Both the position numbers and the translations under genes were made by a program. From an uncultured Acidobacteriota bacterium (GTDB taxonomy: Bacteria > Acidobacteriota > Vicinamibacteria > Vicinamibacterales > UBA2999), in contig CAVPRP010000011.1 in the NCBI GenBank assembly GCA_963707825.1, positions 314,952 to 378,951 on the forward strand: 64,000 bases of DNA. The letters are read 5' to 3'. Below the pieces are notes generated by a model, which did no database searches, was not told where the DNA came from, and saw only the letters and a program-made list of their open reading frames with translations. Positions within the stretch are counted from its first letter, which is position 1; each line of letters begins with the position of its first letter. Of this stretch, positions 8,940 through 18,285 are shown one piece after another.

Positions 8940-10659
8940 TTACCGTTCGAGGACGAAGGTCTGCACCCGTCCGGCCACACCCTCGGTCCCGGGCGGCGCA
9001 CCCGACAGCACCGAGACGTACTGGCGTCCGTCGAGCTCGAACGTGATCGGGGCGGCTGGCGCCGGCGCGATCGCGCTCTCCCACAGGACCGCGCCGGTGC
9101 GCGCGTCGTAAGCGACCAGCGCGCCCTGGCGCCGTCCGCCGAAGAGCACGTCGGTGGCGGTGACCAGCACGCCGCCGTTCCAGAACGTGGGCAGCTCGAT
9201 GCGCCATCGATCGCGCTGCGTCGCCGGATCGCGGGCGACCAGGAAGCCCACCGGCTGCGGCGCCGGCGGCGCCGGTACCGTCCCGGGCCCGCGCACCACG
9301 CCGGTGCTGGTCCGCCCGAGCTCGGGGACGTACTCCGAAGCAAGGCGATAGAACGACTGGTTGTTCTGCCCCGGTATGTAGACGAGCCCGGTGCGCGGGC
9401 TGAAGGCCATCGGATGCCAGTTGTGCGCCCCTTGCTGCGCCGGCGAGATCCAGGAGCCAGTGGTGTCGTAGCGCGCGATCTTCGACTCCACGGGCCGCCC
9501 CGTCTTCTTGTCGATGTGGGTCGCCCAGGTGACGTGGTCGGCGAGCTTCTCGGCCGAGATGAGCTGGCCGGTGAGGCGGTCGATCACGTAGAAGAACCCG
9601 TTCTTCGGCGCCTGCATCAACACCTTGCGCGGCTGACCGTCGATGACCAGATCGGCCAGCGTCATGGTCATCGTCGACGTGTAGTCCCAGTTGTCACCCG
9701 GCACGGTCTGGTAGTGCCAGACGTACATCCCCCGTGTCGGCGTTCACGGCGACGATCGAGTTGAGGAAGAGGTTGTCGCCCTCGCCCTTGCTGCGCCAGT
9801 GATGACTCCACGGCGCGCCGTTGCCCGTGCCGATGTAGACGAGGTTGGCTTCGGGATCGTAGGAGAAGCTGTCCCAGGCGTTGCCCCCGCCGCCGTATTT
9901 CCACCACTCGCCGGCCCAGGTCTTGGCCGCCATCTCCATCGCCTTCGACTCGAACGGCTGCGCCGGGTCGCCGGGCACGATGTAGAAGCGCCAGGCTTGG
10001 TCGCCGGTTTCGGCGTCGTATGCGGTCACGTAGCCGCGCACGTTGTGGAACTCGGCGCCGCCGTTGCCGATGATGACCTTGCCTTTGACGATGCGCGGCG
10101 CGCCGGTGACCACGTATTCCGAGTTGCCGTAGGGGATGGTCATCCGCACCCACACCACGGCGCCGGTGGCCGCGTCGAGGGCGACGAGGCGGCCGTCCTG
10201 CAGGCCGGCGTAGACCTTGCCGTTGTAGAGCGCGACGCCGCGATTGGGCGCTCCGTTGATCACCGTCTGGCCGCCGGCGGCGCGGCCGCCCCGGATGATG
10301 CCCGGGTCCCACTTCCACTTCAGCGCGCCGGTGCGCGCGTCGAGCGCGAAGATCACGCTCCAGGTGCCGCTCGCGTAGAGCACGCCGTCGTGGACGAGCG
10401 GGGTCGCTTCAATCTGGCCGCTGCCGCCGGGGATGTCCCACGCCCACGCGCTCTTGAGGTTCTTGACGTTCTCGGGGGTGATGCGGGTGAGGGGACTGAA
10501 CCGCGTCTCGGCGTGGTCGAGGCCGTAGGTCAGCCATTCCCCTGGTGGGGACTGGCGCAGCCGCTCAGTGGTGACGGGGGCCGCGGCCGGTGATTGCGCG
10601 CCACTGGTGTCGAGCGACAGGGTCACCAGCACGAAAATCGGGAAATACCAACGCTGCAT
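8940..10659 (-). pseudogene. PQQ-dependent dehydrogenase (methanol/ethanol family) with a single 1-nt insertion near 9727-9731
   Basis: Signal peptide MQRWYFPIFVLVTLSL. The N-terminal part is in ORF 9694-10698 and the C-terminal part in ORF 8940-9728. The junction ...AVNADTG|MYVWHYQTVPGDNWDY is restored by removing one base from a 5-nt C run (a G run on the coding strand). Confidence 0.85.
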
Positions 10660-10764
10660 AGTGGGACCGAAGTGCCTGGCGCCGGGCGACGCCGGCACAC
10701 GCTGTGGGTTGCCGTTTCGCTCGCCGTGACGGACCAGGCGTGCGGTCGCGCGCGGACTATAACA

Positions 10765-10779
10765 TGAAACATCGTTTCA
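10765..10779. promoter_or_regulatory. Perfect palindrome TGAAAC-ATC-GTTTCA in a divergent intergenic region
   Basis: Lies between the PQQ-dehydrogenase start (10659, minus) and the GguC-like start (10819, plus), in a locally AT-rich context. A TAGAAT -10-like box sits at 10805-10810. Confidence 0.35.
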
Positions 10780-10818
10780 CTATACGAGCCCCGCGGGCAG
10801 CGTGTAGAATGCCGTGCC

Positions 10819-11814
10819 GTGAGCCGCTTGGTCCAGATTCGCAATGCGCACGAACGTCGTGTCGCCGTCGTCGATGAACCCCACTTGCGTCTGCTGGACG
10901 GCATCGATTCGGTCTACGCCCTCGCCCGCGAAGCGCTGGCGCACGGCCGCCCGCTCGACGACGTGATAGCGGCGCGCACCGGACCGGAGTTGCTGCTCTA
11001 CGACGAGGTCTACGCCGGCACGTCGCCCTGGCGGCTGACGGCGCCGGTCGATCATCCCGAGCCGGCGCACTGCCTCGTCTCCGGCACCGGGCTCACGCAT
11101 CTGGGCAGCGCCGCGCATCGCCAGGCGATGCACGGCAAGGACGACGCCGACCTCACCGACAGCATGCGGATGTTCCGATCCGGGCTCGAGGGCGGACGCC
11201 CCGAGGCCGGCGTGGCCGGCGCGGCGCCCGAGTGGTTCTTCAAGGGGACCGGCGCCATCCTGCGTGGGCCGGGCGACGCGCTCGACCTGCCGCCGTTCGC
11301 GAGCGACGGCGGCGAGGAAGCCGAGCTGGCCGGGGTCTACCTCATCGACGCCGGGGGGCAGCCGCGCCGCATCGGCATGGCCACGGCCAACGAGTTCTCC
11401 GACCACGCCCTCGAGAAGACCAACTACCTGAATCTCGCGGCCTCGAAGCTGCGCACCTGCGCCCTCGGGCCCGAGGTCGTCACGAATCCCGGCTTCGATC
11501 TGGTGCCGGGCGAGGTGGCCATCGAGCGTGGGGGCGCGCGAATCTGGACCAAGGCGATCGCCACCGGCGATGGCGCCATGTGCCACAGCCTCGCCAACCT
11601 CGAGCACCATCACTTCAAGTACGACGCGCATCGGCAACCCGGCGACCTCCACGTCCACTTCTACGGCGCCGACAGCCTGAGCTTCGGCGCCGGCCTCACA
11701 CTGATGGACGGGGACGTGATGGTCGTCCAGTTCGAAGGCTTCGGGCGGGCACTGCGCAACCCGCTGAGCGTCGCGGCGCCGAGCCGCGCCGCCGTTACGG
11801 TGAGTCCGCTTTGA
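10819..11814 (+). CDS. FAH-superfamily GguC/AraD1-like protein (putative 2-keto-3-deoxy sugar-acid converting enzyme)
   Basis: 331 aa with a GTG start. The overall pattern (PEWFFKG, EAELAGVY) recalls GguC proteins from arabinose/galactose clusters. The specific function is not established. Confidence 0.5.
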   Translation: MSRLVQIRNAHERRVAVVDEPHLRLLDGIDSVYALAREALAHGRPLDDVIAARTGPELLLYDEVYAGTSPWRLTAPVDHPEPAHCLVSGTGLTHLGSAAHRQAMHGKDDADLTDSMRMFRSGLEGGRPEAGVAGAAPEWFFKGTGAILRGPGDALDLPPFASDGGEEAELAGVYLIDAGGQPRRIGMATANEFSDHALEKTNYLNLAASKLRTCALGPEVVTNPGFDLVPGEVAIERGGARIWTKAIATGDGAMCHSLANLEHHHFKYDAHRQPGDLHVHFYGADSLSFGAGLTLMDGDVMVVQFEGFGRALRNPLSVAAPSRAAVTVSPL

Positions 11815-11882
11815 CCGGGTGTCCGGGGTGAATTGTCCGTCCGAGCGTCGCTAGCCCGAGCGCTCATCTCCAGGAGCAGTCC

Positions 11883-12794
11883 ATGCGAGGATTCGCGATC
11901 GTCGCGCTGGTAGTCGGTTCGGGGGTCGTCTCGGCCCTCGTGGCTCAGGATGCACAGCCGCGGCCGCTGGCGGAGCGCATCGTCCACACCGACCCGGCGA
12001 AATACCGGCCGAGCCCGGCGGTGCACGGCGGGCCCGGCCAACTCAACTACACGGCCCTGCTCGATCACACGTCGCTCGACACCAACCTGTTCTTCCTGCA
12101 CCGCGGCGTCATCCAGCCGAAGAGCGGCATCGGCGCGCACTTCCACAACCAGTGCGAGGAGATGTTCGTGATCCTCGATGGGGAAGCCCAGTTCACCGTC
12201 GACGGGCGGACCTCGGTGCTCAAGGGGCCGGCCGGCGCGCCGGTGCGCATGGGCCACTCCCACGCCATCTACAACCACACCGACCAGCCGGTCCAGTGGA
12301 TGAACATCAACGTCTCGGCCGTCAAGGCGGTCTACGACGCCTTCGACCTCGGCGACCCGCGCGTCGGCGTGCCGCTCGATCCGATTCCCGTGTTCATGAC
12401 CATGCGTCTCGACAAGGCCCTGCTGCGGCCCGTCGAGGCGATGCTCGGCGGCAAGGGCGCCGTGCAGTACCGGCGCGCCCTGGGGCCGTCCGTGTTCCTC
12501 GGGCCCTGGGCCTATGTCGACCACGTAGTGCTGCCGCCCGGGGCCACGGTGGGTCCCAACACGGATGCGGATTTCGGCGCCTTCTACTACGTGCTCGACG
12601 GCGCGGGCCGGGTCACCATCGGCAGCGAGAGCGCGCCGATCGTCCGCGGCGACGCCATTCCATTGCAGCTGAAGGTGGCGAAGAGCTTCGAGAACACGGG
12701 CACGACCCCACTCGAGCTGCTCGTCGTCGGCGTCGCCAGCGACCCGCAGAAGAAGGACGACCTGCTGGTGCGGCGGCCGCCACCGCGCAGCTGA
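11883..12794 (+). CDS. Secreted bicupin-domain protein
   Basis: Sec-type signal MRGFAIVALVVGSGVVSALVAQ. Two cupin-like segments: GIGAHFHNQCEEMFVILDGEA and a second one near GAFYYVLDGAGRV. Confidence 0.6.
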   Translation: MRGFAIVALVVGSGVVSALVAQDAQPRPLAERIVHTDPAKYRPSPAVHGGPGQLNYTALLDHTSLDTNLFFLHRGVIQPKSGIGAHFHNQCEEMFVILDGEAQFTVDGRTSVLKGPAGAPVRMGHSHAIYNHTDQPVQWMNINVSAVKAVYDAFDLGDPRVGVPLDPIPVFMTMRLDKALLRPVEAMLGGKGAVQYRRALGPSVFLGPWAYVDHVVLPPGATVGPNTDADFGAFYYVLDGAGRVTIGSESAPIVRGDAIPLQLKVAKSFENTGTTPLELLVVGVASDPQKKDDLLVRRPPPRS

Positions 12795-12806
12795 GCCCCG
12801 TAGCGC

Positions 12807-12831
12807 AGCGGCGGGCGGACCTACCGCCGCT
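12807..12831. terminator. Candidate bidirectional hairpin between convergent genes
   Basis: AGCGGCGG-(9 nt)-CCGCCGCT gives a perfect 8-bp stem. The right arm overlaps the last codons of the minus-strand MFS gene. There is no T tract. Confidence 0.35.
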
Positions 12832-14086
12832 GGCCGCCGCTCGCCGGGTCGGAGATCGACACCGCGCGGTAGCCGCCGCGGCTGCGGAAGTACACCCACA
12901 CGCCCACGAACACCACCGTCAGCACGGCGGCGACGCCGGCCACCATCTGCAGCGCCGCGCCCGGGCCGGCGCTGTCGATCCGCGCACCCATGAGCGGCAG
13001 CGTTACGGCGACTGACAGGAAGCCGCCGCCGCCCATCAGCGACATCAGCAAGGCTCCGCCACGAGGGAACTGCTCGGCCGTGATGCCAATCATCGTCGGC
13101 CACAGGAAGGTCTTGCCGACGCCGAACACCGTGGCAGCCAGCAGCGCGACGGGGGCGCTCGAGCCCTTGTCGAGCGAGCCGAGCCAGTACAACCCGAGGG
13201 CGCTCAGGCCCGCGCTGCCGGCCATGGTCAGAATCGGCGCCTTGTGGGTGAGGGCGCTGCCCCAGACGCGGAGCACGAACATCAGTCCGCCGGTGTAGAC
13301 GAGGAACAGCACGCCGCTGCCGGCGTCGGGGCTGAGTTGCGGCACCAGATCGCCCATCACGCGGGGAAACCACTGATCGGGTCCCATCTCGGTTGCCGCG
13401 GTCATCCACATGCACACCATCAGCACGAGGAACAGGGGCCGCCCGGCCTGCCGCCACATCTCGGCCGCGGGCACGTTCGAGGCCGCGCGCTCGGTCTGCG
13501 GATAACGCAGCGACAGCGCCATCACGAGGTAGACCAGCGCCGGCACGAGCACCAGGCCGAGCTTGGCCTGCCAGGGGATCCCCGCTCTGGTCATGGCCAC
13601 GGTGAGCAACCCGCCAATCACCAGTCCGGCCGGCCACCACGCATGGACGGAGGTGATCCGGCGGGTCTTCTCGGCGGTGTAGAGCGAGGCCATCAGCGGG
13701 TTGATCACGCCCTCGACCAGGCCGTGCGACAACCCGAACATGAAGAAGCCGGCGTAGAGCATGACCGTGCCGGGGTGGTCGAGCAGCGACGCCACCGGCC
13801 CCTCCGGCCGAGGCGCGAGGCCGATGAGCGCGACGCCGGTGATGAAGCCGGCCGCCGAGAGCACGTGGAGCCGCCGCATGCCGACGATGTCGATGAGGCT
13901 GCCGCTGATGAAGATGGCCATCGTGAACGCCCAGAAGGCCGGACTGAAGATCAGTCCCATCTGCTCGTTGGTGATGTGGAACGCCTGAGTCAGCGAGCCG
14001 GCGATGTCGCCGCGGATGGCGAACACGACCGAGGCGGTCGCGATCGACAGACAGCTGGCGACGAACAGTCTCTGCGGGTTCATCAA
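12821..14086 (-). CDS. MFS transporter
   Basis: 421 aa with about 12 hydrophobic helices, in a sugar-acid gene context. Confidence 0.85.
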   Translation of the reverse strand: MMNPQRLFVASCLSIATASVVFAIRGDIAGSLTQAFHITNEQMGLIFSPAFWAFTMAIFISGSLIDIVGMRRLHVLSAAGFITGVALIGLAPRPEGPVASLLDHPGTVMLYAGFFMFGLSHGLVEGVINPLMASLYTAEKTRRITSVHAWWPAGLVIGGLLTVAMTRAGIPWQAKLGLVLVPALVYLVMALSLRYPQTERAASNVPAAEMWRQAGRPLFLVLMVCMWMTAATEMGPDQWFPRVMGDLVPQLSPDAGSGVLFLVYTGGLMFVLRVWGSALTHKAPILTMAGSAGLSALGLYWLGSLDKGSSAPVALLAATVFGVGKTFLWPTMIGITAEQFPRGGALLMSLMGGGGFLSVAVTLPLMGARIDSAGPGAALQMVAGVAAVLTVVFVGVWVYFRSRGGYRAVSISDPASGGQRR

Positions 14087-14285
14087 GCACCTTTCGACGA
14101 CGGGGGCCTGCGCGGGTGCCGCCCGCGAGCCACGGGCGGCGTCAGATCGCGCACCGGCGCGCGGCCTCGCGCCACTCGGATCGGCGCGGCAAGTATACGC
14201 GTGGTTTCATCTGGCAGACAGCGATGCCGGATCGTGGAACCGGTCAGGTGCGAACCGATCTGATAACATCCCGCCGGTGCCGCGC

Positions 14286-15152
14286 GTGACCCGCCCTCGA
14301 GTCCGGCCACCCGCCGCGGACGATCTGGCGGGCCGCTACCGCATCCAGGTGCTCGACCGCGCGGTGGCGGTGCTGCGCAGTCTGGCCGAGGCCGACCGCG
14401 AGCTCACCGCGGTCGAGATCGCGAGGTCCGCGAGTCTGCACAAGAGCACGCTGCACCGGCTGCTCGCCGTTCTCGAGCACCACCGGCTGGTCCAGAAGGG
14501 CCCGGGCACGTACCGGCTGGGCACCGTCCTGATCGAACTCGGCGAAAAGGCGTCGGCGCGGCTCACCCTCGGTGAACGGGCCGGGTCGTATCTTCGCGAG
14601 CTTTCGGCGCAGACCGGCGAGGGTGCCCACGTCACCGTGCTCAGCGACACGGAGATGCTGGCGATCGCGCACGTCGAAGGGCGCTGGAACGTGCAGTCGC
14701 TCACCAGGACCGGACTGCGGACGCAGATTCACTGCACGGCCGCGGGCAAGGCGGTGCTCGCGTTCCTCCCGCCCGAGACCTGCGACCGCCTGCTCGCCCG
14801 GTTGCCGTTCACCCGGCTGACGCGCCGCACGATCGTCACCCCGGCCGCATTCAAGCTGGCGCTCGTGCGCGTTCGCGCCGCCGGCTACGCGATGGATGAC
14901 GAGGAGTTCGAGGACGGGCTGCGCTGTGTCGGCGCGCCGATCTTCGACCATCGCGGCCATCCCGTCGCGTCGATCAGCGTGGCCGCGCCGGTTTTCCGGC
15001 TGGGCCGCGACCGGCTCGCGCTCGTCGTCCGCACGGTGCTCGACGTGGCGCAACGCCTGTCCGCTGAGATCGGCTATCAGGGCCCGGCCCGGCCGCAGCC
15101 GCCAGCGGCACGCGCCACCAAGCCCGCGCGGCCGCGTTCCCGTCGCAGCTGA
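14286..15152 (+). CDS. IclR-family transcriptional regulator
   Basis: IQVLDRAVAVLRSLA...ELTAVEIARSASLHKSTLHRLL forms the HTH, followed by an IclR effector domain (GLRCVGAPIFDHRGHPVASISVAAP). The GTG 14286 start is uncertain. Confidence 0.85.
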   Translation: MTRPRVRPPAADDLAGRYRIQVLDRAVAVLRSLAEADRELTAVEIARSASLHKSTLHRLLAVLEHHRLVQKGPGTYRLGTVLIELGEKASARLTLGERAGSYLRELSAQTGEGAHVTVLSDTEMLAIAHVEGRWNVQSLTRTGLRTQIHCTAAGKAVLAFLPPETCDRLLARLPFTRLTRRTIVTPAAFKLALVRVRAAGYAMDDEEFEDGLRCVGAPIFDHRGHPVASISVAAPVFRLGRDRLALVVRTVLDVAQRLSAEIGYQGPARPQPPAARATKPARPRSRRS

Positions 15153-15208
15153 TCGTCTTCGGCGCTCGCGCCGGCCCGATTCGCCAACACCGGCCGGCGC
15201 GGCCGGGT

Positions 15209-17009
15209 TCAGTGGTTGTCGCGCGGGATGCCGCTGGTCTGCGCGATCCGCTGGAACTTCTCGCTGCCTTCGAGGATCGCGCCGCTCGCCAGCTGCCCGA
15301 CCAGCGAACGCTGGATCTCCTGCCACGGCGTCTGCGACGGCGGATACGCATAGCCGCCCTGCGCCTCGAGCTGCGCGTCGCCGCGCGGCCAGTTCGTCGT
15401 CGCCAATCAGCACGTTCACGGTGCGCGCGTTGAGGTCGATCCGCACGCGGTCGCCGGTCTCGAGCAGCGCGAGCCCGCCCATCGGCCGCGGCTTCGGGCG
15501 AGGCGTTGAGGATCGACGGGCTGGCGCTGGTGCCCGACTGGCGCCCGTCGCCGATGCAGGGCAGGGCGCTGACGCCCTCGGTGATCAGGTAGGCCGGCGG
15601 CCGCATGTTCACGACTTCGGCGGCGCCGGGATAGCCGATCGGCCCGGTGCCGCGCATGAACAGCAAGGTGGCGGGCGTGATGCCGAGCGCCGGATCGTCG
15701 ATGCGGCGGTGATAGTCCTCCGGTCCGTCGAACACGACAATCGGCCCTTCGAACGCTTCGGGATCGTCGGATTGGAGAGATAGCGGGCGCGGAACTCTTC
15801 GCCGATCACGCTGGTCTTCATGATCGCGGCGTCGAACAGATTGCCGCTGAGCACCAGGAACCCGGCGTCTGCCACCAGCGGTTGATCGAACGGGCGGATG
15901 ACCCGGTCGTCGACGATCGCCGCGTCGCGGCAGTTGTCGCCGATGGTCCGGCCGTTGACGGTGAGCGTGCCCTCGCGGATCAGCCCGGCGCTCATGAGCT
16001 GAGCGACCACCGCCGGCACGCCGCCGGCCCGGTAGTAGTCCTCGCCGAGATACTCGCCGGCGGGCTGCAGGTTGACGAGCAGCGGCACGCGGTGCCCGAC
16101 GGTTTCCCAGTCCTTGAGCGGCACGTCGACCCCGACATGGCGGGCGATCGCCGTGAGATGGATCGGCGCGTTGGTCGAGCCGCCGATCGCGGAGTTGACC
16201 ACGATCGCATTGAGGAAGGCGTCTCTGGTCAGGATGTCCGACGGCTTGAGGTCTTCCGCGACCATCTCGACGATGCGCCGGCCGGTGCGATACGCCGCTT
16301 CCTGCCGGTCGCGATAGGGCGCGGGGATCGCCGCCGAACCGGGCAGCAACATGCCCAGCGCTTCGGCGAGGCTGTTCATCGTCGTGGCCGTGCCCATCGT
16401 GTTGCAGTAGCCGGTCGAGGGCGCCGACGACGCCACCAGCTTGATGAAGCCGTCGTCGTCGATCGTCGCCCGCGGCCAGCATCTCGCGCGCCTTCCAGAC
16501 GATCGTGCCCGACCCGGTGCGCTCGCCCTTGTGCCAGCCGTTCAGCATCGGCCCGACCGAGAGCGCGATGGCCGGGATGTTCACCGTCGCCGCGGCCATC
16601 AGGCAGGCGGGCGTGGTCTTGTCGCACCCGATGGTCAGCACCACGCCGTCGATCGGATAGCCGTAGAGCGACTTCGACCAGGCCGAGATACGCGAGGTTG
16701 CGATCGAGCGCCGCGGTCGGCCGCTTGCCGGTTTCCTGGATCGGATGCACCGGGAATTCGAGCGCGAATGCCGCCCATTTCGCGGATGCCGTCGCGCACC
16801 CGCTCGGCCAGCACCAGGTGGTGACGGTTGCACGGCGACAGGTCGCTGCCGGTCTGCGCGATGCCGATGATCGGCCGGCCCGACCGCAGTTCCTCGAGAC
16901 TCAGACCGAAGTTGAGGTAGCGCTCCAGATAGAGCGCGGTCATGTCGATGTTGGCGCGGTTGTCGAACCAGGCGCGCGAGCGCAGCCGGCCGGGTGTCGG
17001 GCCGCTCAT
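15209..17009 (-). pseudogene. IlvD/Edd-family aldonate (L-arabinonate/D-xylonate type) dehydratase with at least 6 frame disruptions
   Basis: Conserved pieces occur in four ORF-track fragments. They include [15 protein letters not shown]...[54 protein letters not shown] and the C-terminal tail YAYPPSQTPWQEIQR...PRDNH. Frame switches lie near 16768, 16690, 16478, 15775, 15487 and 15393. ATGA overlap with the mutarotase stop. Confidence 0.85.
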
Positions 17010-18160
17010 CGGGCGGCCCTGCACGACAGGCGGTAGACCATCGCATGGTGGTAGGGCCGACCCGGATCGACCCGCGCCGACACGAAGGTCGGATGATTGG
17101 GCGCGTCGGGGAATTTCTGTGGCTCGAGCGCGATGCCGTCGCCCATCCGGTAGATGTGCCCGGACTTGCCGACGTAGGTGCCGTCGAGGAAGTTGCCGGC
17201 GTAGACCTGCACGCCGGGCTCGGTGGTGAGCACCTCGAGCACCCGGCCTGAGCCCGGATCCTCGAGCCGCGCCGCCAGTTCGGGCGCGGCGGTCAGGCCC
17301 TTGTCGAGGGCGAAGTTGTGATCGTAGCCGCGGCCGAAGCGCACTTGTTCATCGCGCCCGTCGCGAATCTCCTGCGCGATGCGCCGGGGGGTGCGAAAGT
17401 CGAACGGCGTGCCCGCGACCGGCCGCAGTTCGCCGGTCGGGATGAGATCGGCGCTCACCGGCGTGTAGGCGCGCGCCGGCACCGTGAGGAGTTGATCGAG
17501 CGCGCCGCCGGGCGCGCCTTCGCCGGCGAGGTTGAAGATGGCGTGATTGGTCAGGTTGAGAATCGTCGAGCGATCGGTCGTCGCGTCGAAGGTGATCGCC
17601 AGCGCACCCTGCGCGTCGAGCGCATAGGTGACCGTCACGTCGAGCCGGCCGGGGTAGCCGGACTCGCCCTCGGGGCTCGTGTGCGCGAGCACGACCCGAG
17701 GCTGCGGCGCGCTCTGGAGCGAGACGACCTTCCAGGCCACCTTGTCGAAGCCGCGCCCGCCGCCGTGCAGCGAGTTGGGCCCGTTGTTGGTGGGCAGCTG
17801 GTAGCGCGTCCCGTCGAGGACGAAGCTGCCGCCCGCGATGCGATTGGCGTATCGGCCCACCGTCACGCCGAAGAAGTTGGGACGGTCCACATACGAGGCC
17901 AGGTCGTCGGCGCCCAGCACGACGTCGGCGAGCCGGCCGCCGCAGTCCGGCGCCAGCAGCGACTGGAGCGTCGCGCCGTAGGTGAGGATCCGGGCCGAGA
18001 CCCCGCGGTCGTTCGACAGCGTGATCATCTCGATTGCCGTGCCGTCGGCGAGCGTGCCGGCCGGCGCGCGCAGCGCCTGGGGCGCCGCGGCCACCGCCGG
18101 GGCCGCGCCCGCCGCCAGCCCGGCGCACAGGATCGCCGCGAACCAATTCACCTGTCGCAC
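17006..18160 (-). CDS. galM: Aldose 1-epimerase (mutarotase), exported
   Basis: GTG 18160 follows GGAGG. Signal peptide [22 protein letters not shown]. Motifs [17 protein letters not shown] and GYDHNF. Confidence 0.85.
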   Translation of the reverse strand: MRQVNWFAAILCAGLAAGAAPAVAAAPQALRAPAGTLADGTAIEMITLSNDRGVSARILTYGATLQSLLAPDCGGRLADVVLGADDLASYVDRPNFFGVTVGRYANRIAGGSFVLDGTRYQLPTNNGPNSLHGGGRGFDKVAWKVVSLQSAPQPRVVLAHTSPEGESGYPGRLDVTVTYALDAQGALAITFDATTDRSTILNLTNHAIFNLAGEGAPGGALDQLLTVPARAYTPVSADLIPTGELRPVAGTPFDFRTPRRIAQEIRDGRDEQVRFGRGYDHNFALDKGLTAAPELAARLEDPGSGRVLEVLTTEPGVQVYAGNFLDGTYVGKSGHIYRMGDGIALEPQKFPDAPNHPTFVSARVDPGRPYHHAMVYRLSCRAAR

Positions 18161-18285
18161 TGCACAGCCTCCAGACGGGCGCAGTCGCGCGCCGCGGACT
18201 TGTTTATACTCCGACAAATAAACCGGCCGCAAGCAGTCAACTGGACCCGCGGCCGAGACGACCGACCTGCCTGAACGGGGGACTT

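Noticed and set aside
9694-9731. Programmed ribosomal frameshifting or phase-variable homopolymer switching as the explanation for the interrupted genes.
   Set aside because: I saw no slippery heptamer plus downstream structure at the sites examined. Many shifts are not at repeats. Some genes would need 6-12 shifts, and unrelated gene families are affected. Sequencing error or decay is more economical.
10805-10821. A leaderless mRNA for the GguC-like gene, since the TAGAAT box ends only 8 nt before GTG 10819.
   Set aside because: The idea rests on an unverified -10 assignment and an unverified GTG start. It is plausible but not supportable from sequence alone.
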